Assembly (NCBI GenBank): GCA_902793685.1
Contig: CADBEN010000002.1
Coordinates: 129,904-193,903 of the forward strand
DNA from: an uncultured Lachnospiraceae bacterium
Lineage (GTDB): Bacteria; Bacillota; Clostridia; Lachnospirales; Lachnospiraceae
Length of the DNA stretch: 64,000 bases
Direction: 5' to 3'
In this document: positions 37,236 through 46,149 of the stretch, piece by piece
Layout: every line of letters begins with the position of its first letter
Position numbering within the stretch: the first letter of the stretch is position 1
Program-made: the position numbers and the translations under genes
Notes under the pieces: generated by a model
Database searches by the model: none
Seen by the model: the letters and a program-made list of their open reading frames with translations, nothing else
Told to the model about the DNA's origin: nothing

Positions 37236-38150
37236 TCAGTCCTTTGCCGTCTCCTTCAGGGACAGCAGAAGTCCGGACATGTCCTGAAGATCCGACGGGA
37301 TCAGGATCTTGGTGGACTGGCCGTCCGCCACCTTCGCAAAGGTCTCGAGACTCCTGAGACGCAGGACAGCATCGTCCGCGCCGGCATTCTTCAGCATCCT
37401 GATTCCCTCAGCCTCCGCTTCCTTCATCTGCCGGATAGCCTCTGCCTGGCCCTGGGCCTCCTGGATCCGCTTCTCCTTCTCCGCTTCCGCGTGAAGAATG
37501 GTGGTCTGCTTCTCTGCCTCCGCGTTCAGGATCGCTGCTTCCTTGTTTCCCTGTGCGGTGAGGATCGCCGACTCTTTCTTTCCCTGTGCCAGCGTGATGA
37601 CCTCACGCTTCTCGCGCTCCGCCTTCATCTGCTTTTCCATGGCCTCGCGGATCGCATCCGGAGGAAGGATGTTCTTCAGCTCCACACGGTTCACTTTGAT
37701 GCCCCAGGGATCCGTCGCCACATCCAGCTGGGAACGCATCTCCGTATTGATGGTCTCACGGGAAGTGAGGGTGGTGTCCAGGTCCATGGAGCCGATGATG
37801 TTTCGAAGCGTCGTGGCCGTCAGGTTCTCAATTGCCGCCACCGGGTTCTCAACGCCGTAGGCATAGAGCCGGGGCTCCGTGATCACGAAGAACACGACGG
37901 AGTCGATGCGCATCGTGACGTTGTCTTTCGTGATGACCGGCTGCGGCGGGAAGTCCGCCACCTGCTCCTTCAGATTGACCTTTTTTGCGACGCGGTCAAT
38001 GATGGGGACCATGAAGTGCACGCCCGCATCCCAGGTCGCACAGTACTTTCCCAGACGCTCGATGACTACTGCCTGAGCCTGGGGGACGATGCGGATGCAG
38101 GTCAGCGCCGCGACAACCGCAATGATGAACAGAAAAAGAATAAAGAACAC
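37236..38150 (-). CDS. SPFH/band-7 (stomatin-like) membrane protein
   Basis: N-terminal TM, then an IVPQAQAVVIERLGKY band-7 core and a C-terminal Ala/Glu coiled coil. GTG start after a GGAGG SD. Confidence 0.85.
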   Translation of the reverse strand: MFFILFLFIIAVVAALTCIRIVPQAQAVVIERLGKYCATWDAGVHFMVPIIDRVAKKVNLKEQVADFPPQPVITKDNVTMRIDSVVFFVITEPRLYAYGVENPVAAIENLTATTLRNIIGSMDLDTTLTSRETINTEMRSQLDVATDPWGIKVNRVELKNILPPDAIREAMEKQMKAEREKREVITLAQGKKESAILTAQGNKEAAILNAEAEKQTTILHAEAEKEKRIQEAQGQAEAIRQMKEAEAEGIRMLKNAGADDAVLRLRSLETFAKVADGQSTKILIPSDLQDMSGLLLSLKETAKD

Positions 38151-38305
38151 TCCTGTTTCCTCCTTCGTCGATTAATGCAATATGTGAAAAACAGTTTCAG
38201 TATATCACAGGTTCCGTCCCGTGGGGGAACGGGTTAAGCAGATACGGAGCTCCCGCATCCCGGAAACCCAGTTGTTCCCGGAACACGGCAGCTCCGTTTT
38301 TCTCA

Positions 38306-39610
38306 TCAGGCTTTCTCAGTCTTCTCCATCTCCTCCAGGATATGCTCGACGCTCACCAGCTTCACGCAGAGGGCGAACAGCTTCACGGCGATGCCCAGAT
38401 CCTCGATGGGCGGGAAGGACGGCGCGATGCGGATGGTGGAATCCTGCGGTTCCTTTCCGCCGGGATAGGTCGCGCCTGCCGGGGTCATGATCACGCCGGC
38501 CTTCGCGCAGTAGGACACGATCTTCTTCGCGCAGCCGGGAATGGACCAGAAGCAGATGAAATATCCGCCCTTCGGCTTGGTCCAGGTTCCGATCTCCAGG
38601 CCGCCGAGTTCTTCTTCCAGCGTATTTTCCACCAGCTCGAACTTCGGGCGGAGGATGTTTGCGTGCTTCCGCATGTGCTCCACCATGCCGTGGATATCCT
38701 TGAAGAAACGGACGTGGCGCAGCTGGTTTACCTTATCGTGGCCGATGGTCTGGATCTTCAGCTGCTTCTTGATGTCTTCCAGATTGTTCAGGGATGCCGC
38801 CAGCGCCGCGACGCCGGAGCCCGGGAAGCTGATCTTCGAAGTAGACGCGAACTTGTATGCAAGGTCCGGATTTCCCGCGCGCTTACACTCCGCAAGGATC
38901 TCGAGGATGTTGTCCTGATCGTGGTCATAAAGATGGTGGATGGAATAGGCGTTGTCCCAGTAGAGACGGAAGTCCTTTGCCGCCGGCTTCAGACGCGCCA
39001 TCCTGCGGACAGTCTCGTCGGAGTAGGAGTTGCCGCTGGGATTCGAGTACTTCGGGACGCACCAGATGCCCTTGATGGCCTCGTCCTCAGCCACCAGCTT
39101 CTCGACCAGGTCCATATCCGGGCCGTCCTCAAGCATCGGCACCGGAATGTTCTCGATCCCGAAATACTCCGTAATGGCGAAATGGCGGTCATAGCCCGGC
39201 ACCACGCAGAGGAACTTCACCTTGTCCAGCTTACACCAGGGCGTGTTTCCCATAACGCCGTGGCTGTAGGAGCGGGAAATCGTGTCGTACATGACGTTCA
39301 GGCTGGAATTGCCGTAAAGGATCAGGTGGTCATAGGGGACCTCCATCATGTCTCCCATCAGCTCCTGTGCCTCCGGGATGCCGCAGAGCACACCGTAATT
39401 CCGGCAGTCCGTTCCGTCCTCGCAGGTCATGTCCGAAGAACTGCTCATGACATCCATCATGCCCATGGAAAGATCCAGCTGCTCGGTGCAGGGATTTCCG
39501 CGGCTCATATTGAGGGTCAGGTTCTTCGCCTGCATCCTCTTGTACTCTGCTCTCAGCTGATTTCTCAGCGCCAGCAGTTCTTCCTTCGTAAGTTCTGCGT
39601 AAGGCTTCAT
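38306..39610 (-). CDS. PLP-dependent aminotransferase (class I/II fold)
   Basis: 434 aa. NMSRGNP near the N-terminus and a candidate PLP-lysine context STSKISFPGSG. Confidence 0.75.
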   Translation of the reverse strand: MKPYAELTKEELLALRNQLRAEYKRMQAKNLTLNMSRGNPCTEQLDLSMGMMDVMSSSSDMTCEDGTDCRNYGVLCGIPEAQELMGDMMEVPYDHLILYGNSSLNVMYDTISRSYSHGVMGNTPWCKLDKVKFLCVVPGYDRHFAITEYFGIENIPVPMLEDGPDMDLVEKLVAEDEAIKGIWCVPKYSNPSGNSYSDETVRRMARLKPAAKDFRLYWDNAYSIHHLYDHDQDNILEILAECKRAGNPDLAYKFASTSKISFPGSGVAALAASLNNLEDIKKQLKIQTIGHDKVNQLRHVRFFKDIHGMVEHMRKHANILRPKFELVENTLEEELGGLEIGTWTKPKGGYFICFWSIPGCAKKIVSYCAKAGVIMTPAGATYPGGKEPQDSTIRIAPSFPPIEDLGIAVKLFALCVKLVSVEHILEEMEKTEKA

Positions 39611-39692
39611 AATTCCTTATCTCCTCTCGCCCCTGTCTGATTTCGCACGGCAGACGGCCCATCCCGGGGCCGGTCTGCTGCAATTGCGTAAG

Positions 39693-39721
39693 ATTTTATC
39701 ATTTCCTTATCAATTTGACAA
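39693..39721 (-). promoter_or_regulatory. Candidate promoter of the aminotransferase gene
   Basis: Minus strand: TTGTCA, 17 nt, TAAAAT. Confidence 0.45.
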
Positions 39722-39738
39722 GGCGTGAAGAGTTAGTG

Positions 39739-39767
39739 TTGACTTTTCCCGGAACCGATAATACCAT
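39739..39767 (+). promoter_or_regulatory. Candidate promoter of mntP
   Basis: TTGACT, 17 nt, TACCAT. Confidence 0.3.
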
Positions 39768-39813
39768 TGTGAAATACCTTTTGACCTGAGACGATTCTGA
39801 ACGGAGATTTTCC

Positions 39814-40380
39814 ATGTCGATTCTTGATCTTTTTCTGATCGCGGTAAGCCTTTCCATGGACGCCTTTGCGATCTCTGTATGCAAATCCCTGGCGATCCCC
39901 GGAGCAGGCGTCCCCGAAGCATGTACCATGGGGATCTGGTTCGGCTGCTTTCAGGCCCTGATGCCCGTCATCGGCTGGATCCTCGGAAGCCGTTTTATCG
40001 ACCTCATACAGAACGTCGACCACTGGATCGCTTTTCTCCTTCTGTCCTTCATCGGCTTCAACATGATCCGGGAGGCGGATCATACCCGCCGGACCGGAGA
40101 GACGGAAGGCAGTGACGACCGCCTCGATCCAAGGACCATGTTCCTTCTCGCCCTGGCCACCAGCATCGACGCCCTGGCTGTCGGCTTGACCTTTGCTGTC
40201 ATGGACATTGATATCCTCCCGGCGTCGGCTTTTATCGGCTGCGTGACCTTCGCCATCTGCTTCTTCGCGGTTCTGGGCGGCGGCCGGCTCGGCAGACGCT
40301 TCGGTAACAACGCGAAATACCTCGGCGGCGCGGTCCTGATCCTGATCGGTCTCCGGATCCTGATCACGGACCTCTTCTGA
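39814..40380 (+). CDS. mntP: Manganese efflux pump MntP
   Basis: 188 aa, six TM helices, duplicated DAFA/DALAVG motifs (SMDAFAISV, SIDALAVGL). Confidence 0.85.
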   Translation: MSILDLFLIAVSLSMDAFAISVCKSLAIPGAGVPEACTMGIWFGCFQALMPVIGWILGSRFIDLIQNVDHWIAFLLLSFIGFNMIREADHTRRTGETEGSDDRLDPRTMFLLALATSIDALAVGLTFAVMDIDILPASAFIGCVTFAICFFAVLGGGRLGRRFGNNAKYLGGAVLILIGLRILITDLF

Positions 40381-40421
40381 ACACATACTGTTCCGGACAA
40401 ATACTTTGCACCCGCAGCAGA

Positions 40422-40465
40422 AACGAGCGGCGGCCCCGGTCATGATCCCGGTGCCGCCGCTCGTT
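40422..40465. terminator. Shared hairpin between convergent mntP and tyrS
   Basis: 13-bp stem AACGAGCGGCGGC / GCCGCCGCTCGTT. ATTTAT follows on the plus strand and TCTGCTG on the minus strand. Confidence 0.55.
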
Positions 40466-40480
40466 ATTTATCTCCGGTTA

Positions 40481-41722
40481 TTACCGCACGACCTTGACAA
40501 AGTTCTTCTTGCCGCGCTTCACAAGCCTGCCCTCGCCTTCGAAATCCTCCGGCTTGTAGGAAGCAGCGATGTCCTTCACCACGGTGCCGTCCACGCTGAC
40601 GCCGCCCTGCTGGACGTTTCTGCGGGCCTCGGAACGGGTCTGGCACAGGCCTGCCGCCACCAGGACGCCCATGATGTCGATGCTGCCGTCCTTGAAATCC
40701 TCGTCCTTCAGGGTATAAGTCGGGACATTCGCGCTGTCCGCGCCGCCGCCGAACAGGGCCTTCGCGCCGGCTTCGGCCTTCTTCGCCTCTTCCTCGCCGT
40801 GGACCAGGCTTGTGAGTTCATATGCCAGGATCTCCTTCGCGGTGTTCAGCTGGGAGCCTTCCCACTTGTCCATCTCGTCGATCTGCTCGATGGGCAGGAA
40901 GGTCAGCATGCGGAGGCACTTGAGCACGTCGGCATCGCCCACGTTTCTCCAGTACTGGTAGAAGTCGAAGGGGCTGGTCTTGTCCGGGTCAAGCCAGACA
41001 GCGCCGCCGACGGTCTTGCCCATCTTCTTGCCCTCGGAGTTGAGCAGCAGGGTGATGGTCATGGCGTGGGCGTCTGCCTGGATCCCCTCGTCCAGGGCAT
41101 ACTTTCTGCGGATCAGCTCGGTGCCGGCCAGCATGTTGGACCACTGGTCGTCGCCGCCGAACTGCATGTTGACGCCGTAGGTCTTGTACAGCATATAGAA
41201 GTCATAGGCCTGAAGGATCATATAATTGAACTCCAGGAAGGACAGGCCCTTCTCCATGCGCTGCTTGTAGCACTCCGCGCGGAGCATGTTGTTGACGGAG
41301 AAGTGGGGTCCCACGGAACGGATGAACTCCATATAGTTCAGGTTCCGCAGCCAGTCGGCGTTGTTGACCATCATGGCCTTGCCCTCGCCGAACTCGATGA
41401 AACGGCTCATCTGCTTCTTGAAGCACTCGCAGTTGTGGTCGATCATCTCGACGGTCATCATCTTACGCATGTCGCTTCTGCCGGAGGGGTCGCCGATCAT
41501 GCCGGTGCCGCCGCCCACCAGGGCAAAGGGGCGGTTGCCCGCCATCTGCAGGCGCTTCATCAGGCAGAGCGCCATGAAATGTCCCACATGAAGGCTGTCC
41601 GCCGTGGGATCGAATCCGATGTAAAAGACTGCCTTGCCGGCATTGACCATCTTGCTGACTTCTTCTTCATTCGTGACCTGCGCGATCAGTCCGCGGGCCT
41701 TGAGCTCTTCATAACACTGCAT
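40481..41722 (-). CDS. tyrS: Tyrosine-tRNA ligase
   Basis: Start trimmed to MQCYEELKARGLIAQ (GGAG SD). HIGH-type SLHVGH, KMSKS-type KKMGKT, C-terminal S4 domain. Confidence 0.95.
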   Translation of the reverse strand: MQCYEELKARGLIAQVTNEEEVSKMVNAGKAVFYIGFDPTADSLHVGHFMALCLMKRLQMAGNRPFALVGGGTGMIGDPSGRSDMRKMMTVEMIDHNCECFKKQMSRFIEFGEGKAMMVNNADWLRNLNYMEFIRSVGPHFSVNNMLRAECYKQRMEKGLSFLEFNYMILQAYDFYMLYKTYGVNMQFGGDDQWSNMLAGTELIRRKYALDEGIQADAHAMTITLLLNSEGKKMGKTVGGAVWLDPDKTSPFDFYQYWRNVGDADVLKCLRMLTFLPIEQIDEMDKWEGSQLNTAKEILAYELTSLVHGEEEAKKAEAGAKALFGGGADSANVPTYTLKDEDFKDGSIDIMGVLVAAGLCQTRSEARRNVQQGGVSVDGTVVKDIAASYKPEDFEGEGRLVKRGKKNFVKVVR

Positions 41723-41849
41723 CTCTTTTCTCCTCTGTATTTCTGACCGGGACATTTCCGCCCGGAATGATATTCTGTCCTGATGTATGCTTCTCTGTAT
41801 TCCGTTCCGCTTCCGACGGACGTCTGTCTCCGTCTCTCCGCTGACGGTC

Positions 41850-42527
41850 TCAGTCGTGCCCCATGATGGAGATCATCAGATCCCGCACCTCGAGAAGGCT
41901 TGTGCACACTGCAATGGTTTTCTCCCGCAGGTCTTCCGTGGCCTGGTCGATGTCGGGGACCATGATCACCTGGCATCCTGCCGCATATCCGGCGAGCACG
42001 CCGTTCCGGCTGTCCTCCAGCACCAGACAGTTCTCCGGCGGGATTCCCAGGCGCTCCGCGCCCATGAGGAAGATGTCCGGAGCCGGCTTGCAGTTCGTGA
42101 CCTGGTTTCCGCAGACCCATGCGTCATAGTCAAATTCCAGTCCCACGGAAGCGTATTCCTTCCGGATCACCTCTTCCCGGGTCCCGCTGCACAGTGCACG
42201 GAGAATGTTGTGTTCCCGGAACCACGTGTCCAGCTCCCGGTATCCCGGAAAGACCTCGATGCCGTGCTCCGCGAACCACCGGTCGCAGTATTCGGAGCGG
42301 ATGCGGTGCATCCTCTCATAGTCTGCGGCACCGTGAAACCAGTCTTCAAACAGGACCGCCTGTTTTTCCCGGTTCACACCGCGCATGGCCTGGATATATT
42401 CCGGTCTGAAGGGGAGCCCGGTCTCCCGGAAAGCAAGCTCCCACCCGTCATAATGCACATGCTCCGTATTCAGGATGGTCCCGTCCATATCATAGAGGAC
42501 ACCGCGGATCTCCGCTCTTTTTCCCAT
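41850..42527 (-). CDS. HAD-superfamily hydrolase (beta-phosphoglucomutase-like subfamily)
   Basis: Start trimmed to MGKRAEIRGVLYDMDGTILNTE (DxDG motif). The trimmed start lies downstream of a near-consensus promoter. Confidence 0.8.
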   Translation of the reverse strand: MGKRAEIRGVLYDMDGTILNTEHVHYDGWELAFRETGLPFRPEYIQAMRGVNREKQAVLFEDWFHGAADYERMHRIRSEYCDRWFAEHGIEVFPGYRELDTWFREHNILRALCSGTREEVIRKEYASVGLEFDYDAWVCGNQVTNCKPAPDIFLMGAERLGIPPENCLVLEDSRNGVLAGYAAGCQVIMVPDIDQATEDLREKTIAVCTSLLEVRDLMISIMGHD

Positions 42528-42567
42528 AAGAAACCCCTTCCGCCTTCTGTTCCGGCACAATATTAGG

Positions 42568-42596
42568 ATTATATCTGATGCATCGTGCCTCGTCAA
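42568..42596 (-). promoter_or_regulatory. Near-consensus promoter of the HAD hydrolase (and probably tyrS)
   Basis: Minus strand: TTGACG, 17 nt, TATAAT. Confidence 0.6.
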
Positions 42597-42620
42597 CCGA
42601 CTGTAAAGAAGCTGCGGGGC

Positions 42621-42646
42621 AGAGAAACCCGGCGGCAGAAGCCGCC
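42621..42646 (-). terminator. Terminator after the lysozyme-like membrane protein gene
   Basis: Minus strand: CCGGCGGC-TTCT-GCCGCCGG followed by GTTTCT. Confidence 0.55.
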
Positions 42647-42656
42647 GGAACAGATC

Positions 42657-43721
42657 TCAGCGAAGCAGGAGCAGCAGCGCGACGGCCGGCAAAAGTCCCC
42701 GGATCAGCGGGCCGATGCGCCCGCCCTCCGCCGCGGAAAAGACAGCCGACGCGGTCATTACCGCCAGCACGCCTCCGCAGAATTCCCGGGGTGCGGCAGC
42801 CATCACCATTCCGAAGAACAGAAGCGCCGCGCCGGATCCGGCCAGAAAGCCTGCCTGCCGGATCCCGGGGAGGTTCGCCTTCCGCTTCAGATCTGCCTGT
42901 TTCAGATCAAGAAGCACTGCGGCAGCCGGGGCCTGGGGTCTCCAGAGAAGAAGTGCCGCCATGCTGCCGTACAAAAGCGCCGTCAGCGTCATGATCATCA
43001 ATGCTGCTCTGCCCGGCATCTGCTCCGCCATCCTTTCCCGGAGCTCTGCTTCCACAAGCTCCGCATAAAACATGTTCCCGTAGCTGTATCTCCACCCGCC
43101 GTTGGCTGCCCTGGCCACCGGGTGGGAGTAAGGCTCCTGCTTTCCCCCGGACTGAAGCTCCGCAAAGAGCTCCGCGTTCGCCCGGGAATGCCCGCCGTGT
43201 TCTTTCGCAAAATACAGGTATCCGACCCCGTAATTATAAGCCTGGAAGACTGCCTGCCGCCCGGAATCCCATCCGGAGACCGTTACGTCCTTTTCCGCAT
43301 CTTCCGCCTTTTTCCCGGCGCGGCCCCGGACTGCCCTCGGTCCGGTATCCGGAGAGAACAGTCCTTCCTCCGCCGCCGTCCGGAGAAGCATGGCATAGTA
43401 GGCGCAGCCCTGGGCTACGGAAGCCTCCGTGTCCAGGGTGTTCGGCGGAAGTCCCAGCGATTCGCTGGACTGCATCACATCCTCCGCCCGGCCTCCGGAC
43501 TCGATCTCCATGATGGCCAGAAGCGCGTCCACCTCTTCCGGAATCTTCTCTTTCAGGGCATAGGTCTCCACCAGCTTCCGGTGTCCGTTCACCGCATCCG
43601 AAAATACCCTGCTGCTCCCGGTCCGGCCCCTGAGCGCGCCCATCACGCCCAGGACCCCGGCCAGAAGCAGCAGGGCTGCCGCCAGCGGTATCAGATTGTC
43701 TTTTTTTCCCGTCTTTGCCAT
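42657..43721 (-). CDS. Membrane protein with extracytoplasmic lysozyme-like (CwlT N-terminal type) domain
   Basis: N-terminal TM. LLAIMEIESGGRAEDVMQSSES resembles the Lysozyme_like catalytic region. About four TM helices at the C-terminus. Confidence 0.6.
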   Translation of the reverse strand: MAKTGKKDNLIPLAAALLLLAGVLGVMGALRGRTGSSRVFSDAVNGHRKLVETYALKEKIPEEVDALLAIMEIESGGRAEDVMQSSESLGLPPNTLDTEASVAQGCAYYAMLLRTAAEEGLFSPDTGPRAVRGRAGKKAEDAEKDVTVSGWDSGRQAVFQAYNYGVGYLYFAKEHGGHSRANAELFAELQSGGKQEPYSHPVARAANGGWRYSYGNMFYAELVEAELRERMAEQMPGRAALMIMTLTALLYGSMAALLLWRPQAPAAAVLLDLKQADLKRKANLPGIRQAGFLAGSGAALLFFGMVMAAAPREFCGGVLAVMTASAVFSAAEGGRIGPLIRGLLPAVALLLLLR

Positions 43722-43760
43722 TGCTCTGTTTTTTCCCGCGTCAATGCCATGCCTGTATTT

Positions 43761-44966
43761 TTACAGCACCACACGCTGTGTATCCGGCAGATGAACCTTT
43801 GTATAAAGAAGCAGCCGGTCTCCCTCTTCAAGCCGGAGATCCCCCTTCGGGATGATCGCCTTCCCCTTTCTCCGCACCAGGACAATGAAGGTCTGCCGTG
43901 ACAGGTCCAGATCCCGGATCAGCATGCCGTTCCAGCGGTTTTTGTGCTTCAGTTCCATCTCACGCAGGTCGATCTTTTCGCTCCCGGAGGTATCCAGCGC
44001 TCCGATGATCAGCACATCCCGGTCCTTCAGGACCATGTTTCCGTGCGGGATCAGGATATCTTCGTCCCGGTGCACCGCTGCAATGATCATGCCGGCAGGA
44101 ATCCCCAGTTCTCCGATCTGCTTTCCTTCCCAGACATCCTTTTTCCCGATCCGTACCTTAATAAAGCGGATGCTCTCCTCGGCGGATTCCTCCGTGAACT
44201 TCTTGACCAGCGCGTACTGCTCGACGAAGCCTGCGGAAATAATACCTGTCGGGATGGCGACCATGCCGACGCCGAGGAAGGAAATAATGATGCCCAGGAT
44301 CTTTCCCAGGGTCGTCACCGGATAAATATCTCCGTAGCCCACGGTAAGAAGGGTCGAGGCCGACCACCAGATTCCGGAAAAGGCGTTCTGAAAGACCTCA
44401 GGCTGCGCTTCATGCTCCAGGCTGTACATGCAGAGGCTCGACGCCAGCATGAGGACAAGGATGATGAAGACGGAGGATACCAGGGCCTGCCGCTTGGCGC
44501 GGAGGACCTCGGTAATGACGTTCAGGGAATCATAGTAGCTGTTGATGCGGAACAGGCGGAATATCCTGATCACACGGATCATGCGGAACGCCACTGCCCC
44601 GCCCGGGAACATGACCGGCAGGAAGTAAGGAAGGAAGGACAGGAGGTCGATGATCCCGCTGAAGGAAAAGATGTAGCGGAGCATGGCCCGCCCGCGTCCT
44701 TCATTCCGGTAGAGATAGTCCGCGGTCCAGAGCCGCAGCACATAGTCCACGGCGAAAAAGGCGATGGTCAGGAACTCGATGGTTTTGAACGCGGTGCCGA
44801 AGCGGGCGTTCAGGTCCTGGAAGGTCTGCATGACATTGACCGTCAGGTTCAGGATCACGACGAACGCGCAGAAGAAATCGTAGCCCCGGCTTACGGAGTC
44901 TTCCCCGTAGCCGATCTCTACGATCTCAAACATCCGCTTCCGGAATTCCTTCGCCTTCTTTGCCAT
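43761..44966 (-). CDS. Voltage-gated-type K+ channel with C-terminal RCK/TrkA-C domain
   Basis: Six TM helices including an Arg-rich S4-like RMIRVIRIFRLFR. Selectivity filter TVGYGD. Confidence 0.85.
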   Translation of the reverse strand: MAKKAKEFRKRMFEIVEIGYGEDSVSRGYDFFCAFVVILNLTVNVMQTFQDLNARFGTAFKTIEFLTIAFFAVDYVLRLWTADYLYRNEGRGRAMLRYIFSFSGIIDLLSFLPYFLPVMFPGGAVAFRMIRVIRIFRLFRINSYYDSLNVITEVLRAKRQALVSSVFIILVLMLASSLCMYSLEHEAQPEVFQNAFSGIWWSASTLLTVGYGDIYPVTTLGKILGIIISFLGVGMVAIPTGIISAGFVEQYALVKKFTEESAEESIRFIKVRIGKKDVWEGKQIGELGIPAGMIIAAVHRDEDILIPHGNMVLKDRDVLIIGALDTSGSEKIDLREMELKHKNRWNGMLIRDLDLSRQTFIVLVRRKGKAIIPKGDLRLEEGDRLLLYTKVHLPDTQRVVL

Positions 44967-45009
44967 GCTTTCCTCCGGTCCTCACGGGCCTGTGTCCGTC
45001 CCGTCGGTC

Positions 45010-46077
45010 TTACTCGTACTTGAAGATCTCTTCCATGTCGTCGTAGATCTTTCCGAGCCGCTCGCCGGAGAGATCTGTCTCATTCAGGATCGTGTAGCGG
45101 TCTGCACGGGTGGAAGCCGCCTGCTGCCACGCGCCGATGAATATCTCCTTCGTGATCTTCCACTCGGAGGGACGGACCGGGATCTTATATTTCTGAATCA
45201 GCTTCGTGATCTTTTTCACATTCCGCTCCTGGAAGATCACTGCCGGGTAGCTGCCCATGGCGACTGCGATGCCGTGGGGGACATTGACCTGGTCGTAATA
45301 GATCTCCTCCAGCGCGTGGCAGAACAGATGCTCCGATCCGCTGCTGGGACGGGAAGTTCCGGCGATCTCCATCGCCAGACCGCCCATGACCAGGGCCTGG
45401 GTGAGGCGCTTGATGAAATCGCGGCTCTTCAGGACCTCATCGTCGCTGTAGTTGATGGAGTTGAAGGCCATCTTCGAGATCATGTAGGCAAAGTCATCGA
45501 CCTTGTCCTTGCCCCGGCGGTACGCAAGCTTCCAGTCATTCAGCGCCGTGTACTTGCTGACGGTGTCGCCGATGCCGCCCAGCAGCTGCCGTTCCGGCGC
45601 GCTGAGGATGAGATTCGTGTCCACCAGGATCGCATCCGGGATGGTGCAGCCGAAGGTCTTCCGCTGACGTCCCTCTGTGCCGAGGACCGCCACCGGGGAG
45701 GTCAGGCTGTCGTTGGAAAGCGTGGTGGCCAGGGAGATCAGCGTGGATTTGCTGACGTAAGCCGCGAATTTCGCGATGTCCAGGACCGTGCCGCCGCCGA
45801 AGCCGATGACGATCTTGAAGCTGTTGGTCAGAATGTATTTTGCCAGCGCCGCAGCGTTGTCGTAGGAAGCTCCCTGGATCAGATAGACCTCCGCGCCGGA
45901 GAAATCCTTCTGCATCTCCCCGATGATCCCGGAAAACAGCTCCGAAAGATTCTTTTCGGTGACGATGAGGGTCTTCATCTTTTCGATGCCGGGCATCACA
46001 TCCGCCATAGCCTCCGGGATGTGCTCAAAAAGTCCTTCTTCCACGACAAGACGATACGGTAAACGAAAATGGTTCAT
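45010..46077 (-). CDS. sn-Glycerol-1-phosphate dehydrogenase (AraM/EgsA-like, iron-ADH fold)
   Basis: GFGGGTVLDIAKF, GDTVSKYTALNDWKLA and SGSEHLFCHALE motifs. Confidence 0.7.
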   Translation of the reverse strand: MNHFRLPYRLVVEEGLFEHIPEAMADVMPGIEKMKTLIVTEKNLSELFSGIIGEMQKDFSGAEVYLIQGASYDNAAALAKYILTNSFKIVIGFGGGTVLDIAKFAAYVSKSTLISLATTLSNDSLTSPVAVLGTEGRQRKTFGCTIPDAILVDTNLILSAPERQLLGGIGDTVSKYTALNDWKLAYRRGKDKVDDFAYMISKMAFNSINYSDDEVLKSRDFIKRLTQALVMGGLAMEIAGTSRPSSGSEHLFCHALEEIYYDQVNVPHGIAVAMGSYPAVIFQERNVKKITKLIQKYKIPVRPSEWKITKEIFIGAWQQAASTRADRYTILNETDLSGERLGKIYDDMEEIFKYE

Positions 46078-46149
46078 GATGATATGTTCTCCTTCAGGTG
46101 TAATTATTGATCTGTATATCCGGAACGGCTCCGCTTCACAGACAGGACC

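Noticed and set aside
35820-38237. 805-aa ORF on the plus strand.
   Set aside because: It lies antisense to argF, the TrmH-family methyltransferase and the SPFH gene, all of which carry clear family motifs. Shadow ORF.
39611-39813. Possible yybP-ykoY (Mn2+) riboswitch in front of mntP. The region contains GAAGAGUUAGUG and UUGACCUGAGAC, which vaguely recall the conserved GGGGAGUAG and UUGACA...AGACC elements.
   Set aside because: I could not build the P1 helix or the four-way junction. The best promoter (TTGACT-17-TACCAT) leaves only a ~45-nt leader. The TTGACA-like strings are better explained as -35 boxes of divergent promoters. cmscan with RF00080 would settle it.
41723-41849. Hairpins between the HAD gene and tyrS as a terminator/antiterminator pair.
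   Set aside because: The stems are only 5-6 bp, no U-tract follows, and no T-box or specifier-loop features are present. The absence itself is reported as a finding.
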